Translations under genes and position numbers: made by a program
Notes under the pieces: model-generated
What the model was told of the DNA's origin: nothing
The model's input: the letters and a program-made list of their open reading frames with translations, nothing else
Database searches by the model: none
From: Salisapilia sapeloensis CBS 127946
Taxonomy: Eukaryota; Protista; Oomycota
NCBI GenBank assembly: GCA_023334545.1
Contig: JAADVB010000163.1
Coordinates: 1-43,276, forward strand
Direction of reading: 5' to 3'
Length of the DNA stretch: 43,276 nucleotides
Part shown: positions 1-11,574 of the stretch, in pieces
How the letters are laid out: every line of letters begins with the position of its first letter
Position numbering within the stretch: the first letter of the stretch is position 1

Positions 1-4
1 GACC

Positions 5-1609
5 ATGGATAGCTTTCATTCGATGCTACGAGATGCTGCCGGCCAACGCCCTGCCGGTGACGCGTCCAATGGGAGTGCCCAGATGCCGACGCACAACATG
101 CTGATGTCCCAAGGCTTCTCCATGCCGGCAGACACGTCCAATGGGATGGGACTTCCGATGGGCATGCAGCCAATGTCCGCTGCTTCGAGTGCCATGCCGG
201 GCATGACTGCTCCGAACAACATGATGATGCAGGGAAATCTCCAGAGTTTTGCCGGTTTGGCGACTTCGAACGGCGTTCCCTTACCGCCGACGATGGCGGC
301 AAACAATGCCCAAGTCGCGCCCAGCGCTGCTTCGAATGGGGCAGAGCGAGGCAAGTCCAAGAAGAGAAAGTCGTCCGCGGCGGAAAACAATTCGAACAAG
401 AAGGCGGCGGGCAACAACAACAGTAATAGTGAACAAGAAGAAAAGCAGCCAGAAGAGTACACGGACCCCAAGGCCAAGCGCCGAGCACAGATCGCAAAGG
501 CAGCGCGCAAGCACCGTCAGCGTCAGAAGGATGAGCTCATAGCGCTCCGATCGAAAGTGAAGGATCTCAAGGAGCAGATCGAGGTGCTGCAGTCGTCCGA
601 GCCGTCCGAGCACAACACGGAGCTCGGGTGGAAGCAAGAGGCAGAGCAGCATGCCGAGATCCGTGCTCGCGTCGACAAGGAGAACGAGTTCCTCCGAAAG
701 ACGCTAATGGAGCAGATGAAGTTCATCCAGCGTCTGCAGGACTACTTCACCAAGCAGCCGTTGCTGAACATGCCGTCGCTTGACATGATCCTGAACTCGT
801 CCAGCGGTGCGGCGTCCACCCCAGGTGCCCTCTCTTCCTCCATCGCGTCGGCAGCCAATCCGTCGACGCTGCAGCTGTCCGCCGGCTCTTTCCAGGACAG
901 CCTCACGCAGCAAGCGACGGACGGCATGCGTGCACTCGACGCCCAAGTGGCTGCGTGTGAAGCTGCCTTCCAGAACCCTCGCAACCAGACCATGACCTAC
1001 TTTGGGCTGCAGGTGCAGTACGAATTGGGACAAGAAGAAACGTCGATCTACTTCCGCCACCACCTGTACTCGCTAGACGCTAAGCAAGTGCTGGACGACC
1101 TCTGGTCGTGTCTTGGGAACGCAGAATTTGAAGGCCAGTTCCCATTCTCCGAGTCGGTGGAACTGCTGGAAGACTTGGACGACAAGACCAAGTACGTCCA
1201 TCGCATCTGGAATCTTGGTGCCTCCACGGACGCGTCCCACTCTGGAAGCAAGCTCCGAACGGAGGATCTGTGCATTCATAAACGTCGGGAGGATGCCGAT
1301 GGCAGCGTCTATTGCCTCGGCAAGAGCGTCATGGATGACCCATCTCGCCCGAAGAACCCCAACATCGTCCGTCGAAACACAACGTCTGCGCTGCAGCTGC
1401 GTCCGTTCACGGACTCGACTGGCTATGGCTGCGTCATGCTCTGGTCGGTCAAAGTGGCGCTCGAAGGAAGCGCGGAGGAGCGTGCGAAGCCGCACAACTT
1501 ACCGGACATGGTGCTGAAGAACCTCTTCGAGGTTTACCCAGTCTTCGTCAAGGCCGTGGCGGACCGAGCGCGAGGCAGCGGCAGTCAGGGGACGGAAGAG
1601 CAGAGCTAA
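5..1609 (+). CDS. bZIP-like transcription factor (oomycete M96-like coiled coil) with C-terminal START/SRPBCC-like domain; intronless
   Basis: 534-aa ORF. M/S/A/N-rich low-complexity N-terminus, NLS-like KSKKRK, basic region KRRAQIAKAARKHRQRQK, then a heptad zipper LRSKVKDLKEQIEVL. A second coil WKQEAEQHAEIRARVDKENEFLRKTL follows. The C-terminal ~200 aa carry START-like segments (VELLEDLDDKTKYV; GSVYCLGKSVMDDPSRPKNPNIVRR). Confidence 0.82.
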   Translation: MDSFHSMLRDAAGQRPAGDASNGSAQMPTHNMLMSQGFSMPADTSNGMGLPMGMQPMSAASSAMPGMTAPNNMMMQGNLQSFAGLATSNGVPLPPTMAANNAQVAPSAASNGAERGKSKKRKSSAAENNSNKKAAGNNNSNSEQEEKQPEEYTDPKAKRRAQIAKAARKHRQRQKDELIALRSKVKDLKEQIEVLQSSEPSEHNTELGWKQEAEQHAEIRARVDKENEFLRKTLMEQMKFIQRLQDYFTKQPLLNMPSLDMILNSSSGAASTPGALSSSIASAANPSTLQLSAGSFQDSLTQQATDGMRALDAQVAACEAAFQNPRNQTMTYFGLQVQYELGQEETSIYFRHHLYSLDAKQVLDDLWSCLGNAEFEGQFPFSESVELLEDLDDKTKYVHRIWNLGASTDASHSGSKLRTEDLCIHKRREDADGSVYCLGKSVMDDPSRPKNPNIVRRNTTSALQLRPFTDSTGYGCVMLWSVKVALEGSAEERAKPHNLPDMVLKNLFEVYPVFVKAVADRARGSGSQGTEEQS

Positions 1610-1662
1610 GACGGACGCTGCTGGTTCGAACAATAGTCGTTTGCATTTATATCTAAACCGTT

Positions 1663-2742
1663 TTAGTTTCGTTTTCGGTGAGAGCGGCGGGACCGGTCTC
1701 GACTGGAGCTGCGGCTGCGTCGTCTGCCGCTTCGACGATCGTCTCGACGTCGTCTATCTCGGTCATTGCGGTCGCGACTTCGACTACGTCGAGACGTCCT
1801 GTTATCCTCCTTTGTCTTTCTTGCAGCTGGAGAAACACTTCGGTCCTTTCGTGCCGAGATTTCTTTCGGTTCTTCAGAACCTGATCCAGCTTCTGCCGAT
1901 CGAGAGTCGGACGTAGGGTAGATGGCTCCGTAGTTTTGCTGGAGCCTAGCCAACGCCGCTGCCTCCTTTTCGGCTCGAGATGCCTTCACTTTCTGATTAC
2001 GTCATACATTCCTGTTAACTCGTGTCGATGAAGAGGATGACAAAATACGCCCACCTTCTTCCTCAGGCCGAACTCGTCGTACCCGTCTTCTCCAATCTCA
2101 TTCTTCCCAGAAGTCACTCTGATACATCCATTCGTTACTTTCTACATACACCCTAGTCACGAAACGCTTACCTCTCTTGTCTCTCGTCAAAGCCTCCACC
2201 AGCTCCCTCTCGTCTCTCGTCCTACCGTCATGCACACGCGTAAGTATACATGTACATGCGCAGCTGCCTTAATCAAAAGGTTCATACAGTATTTGCCATT
2301 CCTGACTTGGGACTTTTGCAAATGTTGCACTCTTGCCGGCGCTCCCAATTCACATTTCCACACCTAGTGCACAGGACAAAAGATTAATCCGAGTGCTGAG
2401 CGATTGAAGTGACAAAAATGTTATCAGCTTACATGTTGCATGTCCAGTCGCCAGCTTGAAAGAGCCCAGATGGACCTCGAAAGTCACCGTCCTTCTTCGT
2501 GGCACTTCCTGGAGACGGAGCAGATCCCTCCGGTTGAGGAGTTTGGCACCGGTTGCACTGCGTCCGCCGAGCAAAGTTCACGTTGGCACATCTATCCACA
2601 GTCGTAGGCAAAGCCATGCACGTAAGAGCCCAAGCACTGCATTCATATTACCAGGTAGTGCATACCCTGGATTGGGACACACCCAGTCTCCACTCGACAT
2701 TTGAAACCCCCTGCCTCCTTGTCCTCGACCTCGACCTGCCAT
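1663..2742 (-). CDS. ZRANB2: ZRANB2-like splicing factor (two RanBP2-type zinc fingers plus RS domain); 6 exons
   Basis: Spliced through GT-AG introns (first intron 2665-2592): [41 protein letters not shown] ... GDWTCNMCGNVNWERRQECNIC ... ERREGAGGGFDERQ ... YDEFGLRKK, ending in an RS-rich tail and TAA at 1663-1665. Confidence 0.88.
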
Positions 2743-2894
2743 GCTGCCAATGTCCAAAATCCAAATTCTGGGTCATCTCGAGGATATAGCTGTCCATAAT
2801 ACTACCGTCGTGTTCCAGTCACAATCGACCCAAGTGGTACATATAAATCAGGACAAACTCACTGGCCAGCTCTTTCGCACAATAAGCTCACATC

Positions 2895-4019
2895 ATGCTC
2901 GTACGTTGCGCTCGGAGGACCGCGGCGGCTGTGCCGCAGCGCGCCGGAAACTTTATCCGCTCCTTTTCTGCCCCGGCAACCCAAGAGGCTGTGCCAGAGC
3001 GGTCACCAACGGCGTTGGGCATCAAACCTCGCCAATCCAACGCACCCAAGGTACTGCACTTGATACGATCCTCACTTGTGACTTTATGCTAATTCTCAAT
3101 CGTATTTATTCATGTAGCCTCTTCTAGACGTTCAGACGGCAGTTGCAAACGCCCAGGAGCAGTCTAAACGCAAGTTCGATGAGGTATGCACAAGTCAAGA
3201 CTAGCCTTCCAATCCTTGTGCTGAGTGGTAGAAATCGTATCGACAATAGACGGTCGACTTGGCAGTGCAGCTAGGCGTGGACCCTCGCAAGCCCAACCAG
3301 AGCGTGCGTGGCGTTGTCTCGCTTCCCAACGGCACTGGCAAAACTGTTCGTGTCGCAGTTTTTGCTCGTGGCCCCAAAGCAGGTACTTCATCTAGACACT
3401 ATGCTGGACGAACTAGTGTTCTGACGATTGTATAGAGGAGGCCAAGGCCGCTGGAGCTTCAGTCGTAGGTGCAGAAGACCTGGTGGAGATGATTCAGAAG
3501 GGTGAACTCAACTTTGAGCGATGCATCGCCACCCCTGACGTCATGCCTCTCGTTGGCCGAGTCGCTCGAGTATGATCTCGGATATATCGATCGTATATTC
3601 CAGACATATATTTACCACTTTCTGCTGTAGGTGCTCGGACCTCGTGGCCTCATGCCCAACCCAAAGCTCGGCACCGTCACCCAGGACGTTGGCGAGGCGA
3701 TCGCTGCCGCCAAGGGCGGTCAGGTCGAGTTCCGTGCCGAGAAAAACGGCATCATCCACGCCGGAGTCGGCAAAGTCGGCTTCTCGCAAGAGCAACTACT
3801 GGACAACGTCCGAGCCTTCATGGTGGCTCTCATTGACGCCAAGCCGGAGGGTGCCAAGGGCAAATACATCAAAGTACAGTAGTGCACACGTATGGTATAG
3901 AAACGAATGTCTAACAAAGCTACTAGGCTGCCCACCTGAGTACGACGATGGGATCGAGCTATGCCCTGGACCTCAAGTACGTCGACCCGTCCTCGGCCTT
4001 CTTCATGCGGTTCGACTAG
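2895..4019 (+). CDS. MRPL1: Mitochondrial (bacterial-type) ribosomal protein uL1; 6 exons
   Basis: Arg/Ala-rich presequence-like start ([13 protein letters not shown]). Spliced uL1 motifs [76 protein letters not shown] at 4017-4019. Confidence 0.92.
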
Positions 4020-4100
4020 ACCCTACAATAAAACGGATTTCAAACGAAGACATGTCGTTAAGACTTAAACTTGGCTACTCTCATCAATCGGGCTCCTAGG

Positions 4101-5502
4101 CTATTCCCACCCCTCAAACTCCTTGAGCCGAGCGTCGATCCTGTCCACCACTTGCCTTCCGAACGCCTCTTCATGGCCGAGCTCCTCCAGCCTCTCTAGC
4201 TCTCTCGACGTGATGTATACGACGTTGTCGGGCCTCAGCGGCCGATCGTTCCTCCATCGACACATCAGCAGACGCTCCCGACCTTCCTGTCGAGCAAAGC
4301 TTACGGCGCTCTTGCCCCTCCAGACATGCTGGAAAACAAACTCCAGGTCATCTCGATCCAGCGGGAGGCTCTTCTCCTGTCCCAACTTGAGCTCTCGCTG
4401 CTGGAGACTCTGATATAACTTGTTGCGCTGGTCTCTCGACAGTCTTCCCACCGGATCTGGCGTCATCGGCTGACCAGCCAGCTCGCACAGGACAAAGGCA
4501 GCCATGGCATTACCAAAGAGAGCCGGCGTCGTGCCTAGTACCGGGATGACTCGAACACGGAAGTGGTCTACGGTGCCAAACTCATGCGGATCATGCGTCT
4601 GCTCCGAGTTTAGTGGGAGCAACTTGCGCGTGGAACGTTCGCTGGAGAATACACACGACAGTTTGGAAAAATCCAGCTCACGCTTCTTCAAAAAGTAGCG
4701 CATCTTGGTCGCCAGCGGATCTCCTAGTATTCCGTTTGTCAGTACGATGGAAATGAATGCGTAATTCATATATAACATACGGACGGCGTCATTGAGCGTT
4801 CCGATTTGCAGCTTGGTCGGATCGGCTTTGGCCCCAGCGCCAGTCGCTGTGATAGCAGGCAGTCCTTTGGCCGACACGGCTGCCAAAAGCGCCGTCTTGG
4901 TCGTCACGTCATCGATGCAGTCCAGCACATAGTCTGGGTTTCCTATCGTTGCCAAACATCTTAACATTGAGCATGAAAGGCTCCATTTATGCCAACATAC
5001 CTTCAAGAAGCACATCGGCAGCATCCTCCGTGAACATGACGGCGCAATCCTCAATTTCACAGTGTGGAACAATTTCCTGCAGCTTCTTCTTCATGACTGT
5101 AGTCTTTGGCAAGCCCACATCTGCACGAGTGCCAAGCGCATGGCGGTTGAGCGACGACAGGGTTACATTGTCAAAATCAATCAGCCGCAGTTTGCGCACA
5201 CCGGAGCGAGCCAGCATGTGTGCTGCATGGGAACCAACGCCGCCCATACCGACAACCACCACGAAGGAGTTTTCAACCTTGGCAAATCCATTTTCTCCAA
5301 AGAAGCTCCGGATGCGAGACAACTGCTCTTGCAGAAGCTCCTCTTCCATGGCCTCCGTTCCGCTTTTCGCCACACCTCCAGCTTTCTCTTTGGCTACATA
5401 GGTAGCATAGTACTTTTGCAACGCCACTGCAGCAGCAGCGCCGAGTCCGAAGGCTGCACTAAGCTGCAACAGACGCAGGTTCTCGCTTGGAGCAGCCACC
5501 AT
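4101..5502 (-). CDS. tcdA: tRNA threonylcarbamoyladenosine dehydratase (TcdA/CsdL, yeast Tcd1/2 family; ThiF/E1-like); 3 exons
   Basis: N-terminal hydrophobic anchor, LLQEQLSR, Rossmann motif VVVVGMGGVGS, LIDFDNVTLSSLNRH, YVLDCID, GAGAKADPT, DPLATKMR, FRVRVIPVLGTTPALFG. Introns at about 4993-4943 and 4780-4724. Confidence 0.88.
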
Positions 5503-5633
5503 CGAAATTCGTCACTTGTTGTTCCGATTGTCGTCTGGTCCACCATACTAGAGCACTTGAAGTCCCACTGAATTACATATAAATACCCACCTTCGACCAC
5601 TTTATCTGACAGCTTTTCATCGACTCTTGCAGC

Positions 5634-6682
5634 ATGGCAGGGGAATTGCGTTGGTTTGCCAAGTCGGAGCAGCACTTGGCTCTCTTCCAGCCGTGGCTGG
5701 ACTCTGCTGCACCAAAGTACTCCATCCAGACACTCAACGCTTCCTCAGACAAGGTGGAAGGCGAGGATGCGGCCCAGCGTCTTTTTTCGTCCTTGAAAAC
5801 GACCAAGCTCGGGAACTTGATCTTGCACAGCTCTGCTCTTCCATCTACGCAGATCTTGCTGCATGATGAGCTGAAACCACACCCGCCTGCGGACGTCTTG
5901 TGCTACACGCAGCACCAGGTCAGTGGCAAAGGGCGTGGATCGAATACGTGGACGTCTCCCGAGGGCTGCCTCACGTTCTCCTTTACCAGCCGTTTCACCG
6001 ACGGAGCAGCACTCCCGTTCGTCCAGTACTTGGTGTCTCTCGCTATCGTTCGAGCAGTCAAAGACGTTGCCAAGACCGACGTGGCCGAGAACCCTGTGCG
6101 CATCAAATGGCCCAACGACATTTACGCCAACAACGCCAAGATCGGTGGTATCTTGTGCCAGTCCGAGTATTCGAACGGCGAGTTCCGCGTGACGACAGGT
6201 ACATACACTCATGTTGCATGAAAGGCTCTATTGGCTGACGAACTAGATAGGCGTCGGCCTCAACATTTCGAACGACGAACCGACCACGTGCATCCAAAAG
6301 GTGCTCGGCACGAACGAGAATCCTTGCACTGCCACCAAGTACTTACTCTCCATACTTGTATTCTATATTTTGACCACTGACATTGATTTCTCACAGGGAA
6401 GAGTTCCTCGCAGCGTTCTGCAATGCTTACGAGCCGATGCAGGAAACCTTCCAAAAGAGCGGCTTCGAACCCTTCATGAAGGAGTACGTTGAAAGCTGGC
6501 TGCACTCAGACCAAGTTGTCCAGGTCCAGTCTTCCGAGAGTGCTGACACGGTCTCTGCTGTCATCAAGGGGCTGACGGCATCGGGGTGCCTCCTAGCAGA
6601 TGCTGACGGCAAGCAACTGGAGCTGTATCCCGACGGCAACAGCCTGGACTTTTTCCAAGGCCTTCTGACACGCAAGCTTTGA
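5634..6682 (+). CDS. BPL1: Biotin-protein ligase / holocarboxylase synthetase, short form; 3 exons
   Basis: Biotin-binding QVSGKGRGSNTWTSP, IKWPNDIY, KIGGIL, spliced GVGLNISN, and C-terminal ELYPDGNSLDFFQGLLTRKL. Confidence 0.92.
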
Positions 6683-6774
6683 AACTGTCTCGTGTCTGAG
6701 AGTGAATAACAAAGTCGTAGGGAAGAAGAAACACAATGGGAGTTGTCACCTTTGCTTCATATTTCGACTGTCGT

Positions 6775-8799
<2,025 letters not shown>

Positions 8800-8956
8800 C
8801 GTGCCGTGTGTACCTAGAGCAAAAGATGCAAACGCGCCCAGTTGAGGTCTGGAGAGAACCGTTTCACGTGCGTCCGTTCACATCATTTCATTCATTTCGT
8901 AGATTAAAAAAGCGGTCAAGGAGAAATACACCCGCAGCACATCGTCGCAGCTCCGA

Positions 8957-9858
8957 CTAACAGTCCAACGCAGCACGCTCAATCTGTTCACTCAACGCAG
9001 TTGCCTGGGAAATGTAGTGCTGCTTGGAAGTCGTCTGGACGTGCAGTATCTCTTCCTCCAGCGCCGCCACAACATTCAGCAAGGCCTCAAAGTCGCCCTG
9101 TCCATGTCGTTCGAGAGATCGCAGCACTCGCTCTCTTGTTACACTCCGGTCACTGGACGATATTTCTTGTCTCCACGCAATTGCCGTGGAGACTGGAGGT
9201 CGACGATGGTCTGAGCTTGTGGCTGGTTTACTCGGCGACCTACTACTGCTTCACCTGTGTAAGTTCTAGCGTCTCTACCAAAGAGATGCGGCAAGTACCT
9301 GGCGGCTTGGCCTGTCGATGACGTCGGTGCAGAAGGCTGTGATGAAGGCTGTACTGACTGAGCTACTCTCACTGCAGCAAGTCGTTAGTGGCTTGAATGC
9401 ATGCAAAATAGACTAGAAAAGATACCGGACGGTGGAGGTCGATAGGCATGCAGTTCGATCTCGTCTGCCCTGCGCTTATTTCTCCTGGCGGGAAGCATCA
9501 TATCTGGTGTCTGTGGGAAATCAAGATCTCTTCTGCGGCCTGCTCCTTCATCCACTGGCGAAGTAAAGATCGGCGCGAGGGACGAAGAGATCACACGAGG
9601 CGGTTGGCGATGTGGCAGAGGCTGTGGGCCCGCTGGAGCTGAAGAGGCACCAGAGGGAAGTGGGCTCAGCCGAGGCAATGGCGACTGCTGTCCTGCGTGG
9701 CTAGCAAGGGTCTTCAGTCCTGTCATGACGTCTGGCGTACAGGACAATGCCGGCGCCAAGGTCGAGCGTGACCGCTCCCACTCGACGAGGCTGTGCATGG
9801 TAGATGAGAAATAGAAAAATGACAAGAAAATTACATCGTACCGACTCGATATGGGCAT
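8957..9858 (-). CDS. Pro/Ser-rich protein with C-terminal KIX-like (MED15/KIX_2-type) helical domain; probably 4 exons
   Basis: Not present as one ORF in the track. Splicing 9841-9791, about 9423-9373 and 9298-9246 gives a last exon AIAWRQEISSSDRSVTRERVLRSLERHGQGDFEALLNVVAALEEEILHVQTTSKQHYISQATALSEQIERAALDC* (TAG 8957-8959). The start could instead be the ATG at 9798. Confidence 0.62.
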
Positions 9859-10177
9859 TCGAAGTTTATTACAAGCTATAGGGCTCGAGTGGTTGCACAG
9901 GCAGAAAACTGCAAGACGTATGCTGGCGCAGAAGCGAGAATGCCGTGACATCGAGACATGAGACGAACCATGTTTCGTTCGCGCAGATGTCGTGTACAAG
10001 ATATGCGGTAGAGTCCGCCTGGGATGGAAGACACGTCCGGTGCGGTCGTCCGGTAATCATTCGTCCATGCCGGCTCTGAACTGTTTTATGAACCGAACGA
10101 AGAAAAGTTGGAACTTGGTTGGGAAGGTGACTTGATTGAGATATTTGACTATCAACATGCCTGTCTCTGAACTCGAT

Positions 10178-10873
10178 TTAATCTTTCTTCTTACCACCAA
10201 CGGTGCGACGGAGCTTCTTGACGATGAGACCGAACCAGACGTACTGTAGGATGAAGAAGGGAATGCAAGGCCACAGATATCTCGTGTCACACTCCTTCAG
10301 CAGCCTCGGGATGAAGATTGCAGTGTTGAAGACGATCCTGGAGGCAAAGAACGAGAGCACGAAGAGCATGCCGGCAGTGGTACTCTGAGTGAGACGGAAC
10401 CAGTTGTAAAACGGCGTGCTCACTTCATTCGTCTGGATCCACACGTATGGATTGCCAAGTGTAGGGTCACAGACACTGCTCTCCTGCCAGAAGAAGACGC
10501 TGCCCCACACAATTCCTAGCACGTGATGGGCATAGTCCATGAGCCTCGTGCCGTTGAGTCGATGGAGATTGCCAATGCCATCAGCACGAAGCATTGCACC
10601 CATATCTACAATGAAGAATCCCAGGGATGCTGCAGTCGAGGCCGCAGTGTCCATGTCGTAGAACAAGGTGTACGAAGCGAGGAAGACGACGGCCGTACCA
10701 TGTGCTGCATTGAGGCTAATAACATGATTCTTCCCTGTGTGACCTCTCGGAACGACATTCAGGCACACGGTCCACAAAAGCGTCCATATTCCCGTTAGTG
10801 CGGCTAGTCGCTGTAGTCGCTCCAATTCGTCCTCCCCCTTCCTTCCATCGACTAGCACCCAAAGCGAATCCAT
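10178..10873 (-). CDS. TLC (TRAM/LAG1/CLN8) domain membrane protein, TLCD/FAM57-like; intronless
   Basis: Multiple TM segments with TLC motifs SLNAAHG, GFFIVDM, YAHHVLG, EVSTPFYN, FFASRI. C-terminal KKKD is a KKXX ER-retrieval signal. First ATG at 10873; the track start at 10963 is TTG. Confidence 0.85.
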   Translation of the reverse strand: MDSLWVLVDGRKGEDELERLQRLAALTGIWTLLWTVCLNVVPRGHTGKNHVISLNAAHGTAVVFLASYTLFYDMDTAASTAASLGFFIVDMGAMLRADGIGNLHRLNGTRLMDYAHHVLGIVWGSVFFWQESSVCDPTLGNPYVWIQTNEVSTPFYNWFRLTQSTTAGMLFVLSFFASRIVFNTAIFIPRLLKECDTRYLWPCIPFFILQYVWFGLIVKKLRRTVGGKKKD

Positions 10874-11574
10874 GATATTTGGCACAAGATTATTTGTTCG
10901 TGGTTCGAAAAGGTTGTTGGATAGATTTCGAACATGAGCAGCGCCCAGGTTACCACTGGACAAGATTTTGAATTCGTAGTGGAAATCTGCACTTCAAGGA
11001 AAGGGGACTTGTCATATGCAAGACGCATCGAACAGAGACTAGTAGACTACAAAATAAACCAATATGCATGCAATATAAACTTTGGCATGACATGGAGGTT
11101 GCAAAGGTATGGGTTCCGGTGAACAAACTGGCTAAGATCCTGTATTCAAATTGCATTGGGTTGTACTGTACAGAGGCATGTAGACAAGGATTATAGCAAT
11201 TCGTAAAATAGCATGTCTAAATTCTTGCCGTCGGTTAGACAGACAGCATGCCAAAGTCCAAGACTTGTTAAGAGTACGTGGCTATACTGAAGACACTTTT
11301 TTATAATTAATTCATTCCTGAATACGTAAGAATCACAAAATAAAATCGCGAGGTAGACTTATACCTCTGCGCACTTACTAGTACTACGCGCCGGGTAGAC
11401 GAGCAGCACAAAATCGTCTTTCCACTGCCAAGCGTCCTATAGGTTTCCACTTGCATTCGTACTTAAATGATACATACTTTAACTCCGTGTAAATTTTCCG
11501 CTTTCCCGCATACCAAGACAAAGTCGATCTGATTCTTTTAAACGGACCAATTGTCCCATTCTCGTTCTGGCAGC

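Noticed and set aside
1623-1630. GGTTCGAA resembling a tRNA T-loop
   Set aside because: No acceptor, D or anticodon stems around it, and it lies in a 53-bp spacer between two stop codons.
8883-8898. Two plus-strand TCATTTC INR-like motifs
   Set aside because: No plus-strand gene follows. They more likely belong to the 3' region of the minus-strand KIX gene.
10874-11574. 701-bp divergent spacer searched for a hidden gene or ncRNA
   Set aside because: AT-rich, only short ORFs without motifs, and no snoRNA, snRNA or tRNA hallmarks seen. It is consistent with two promoters and UTRs.
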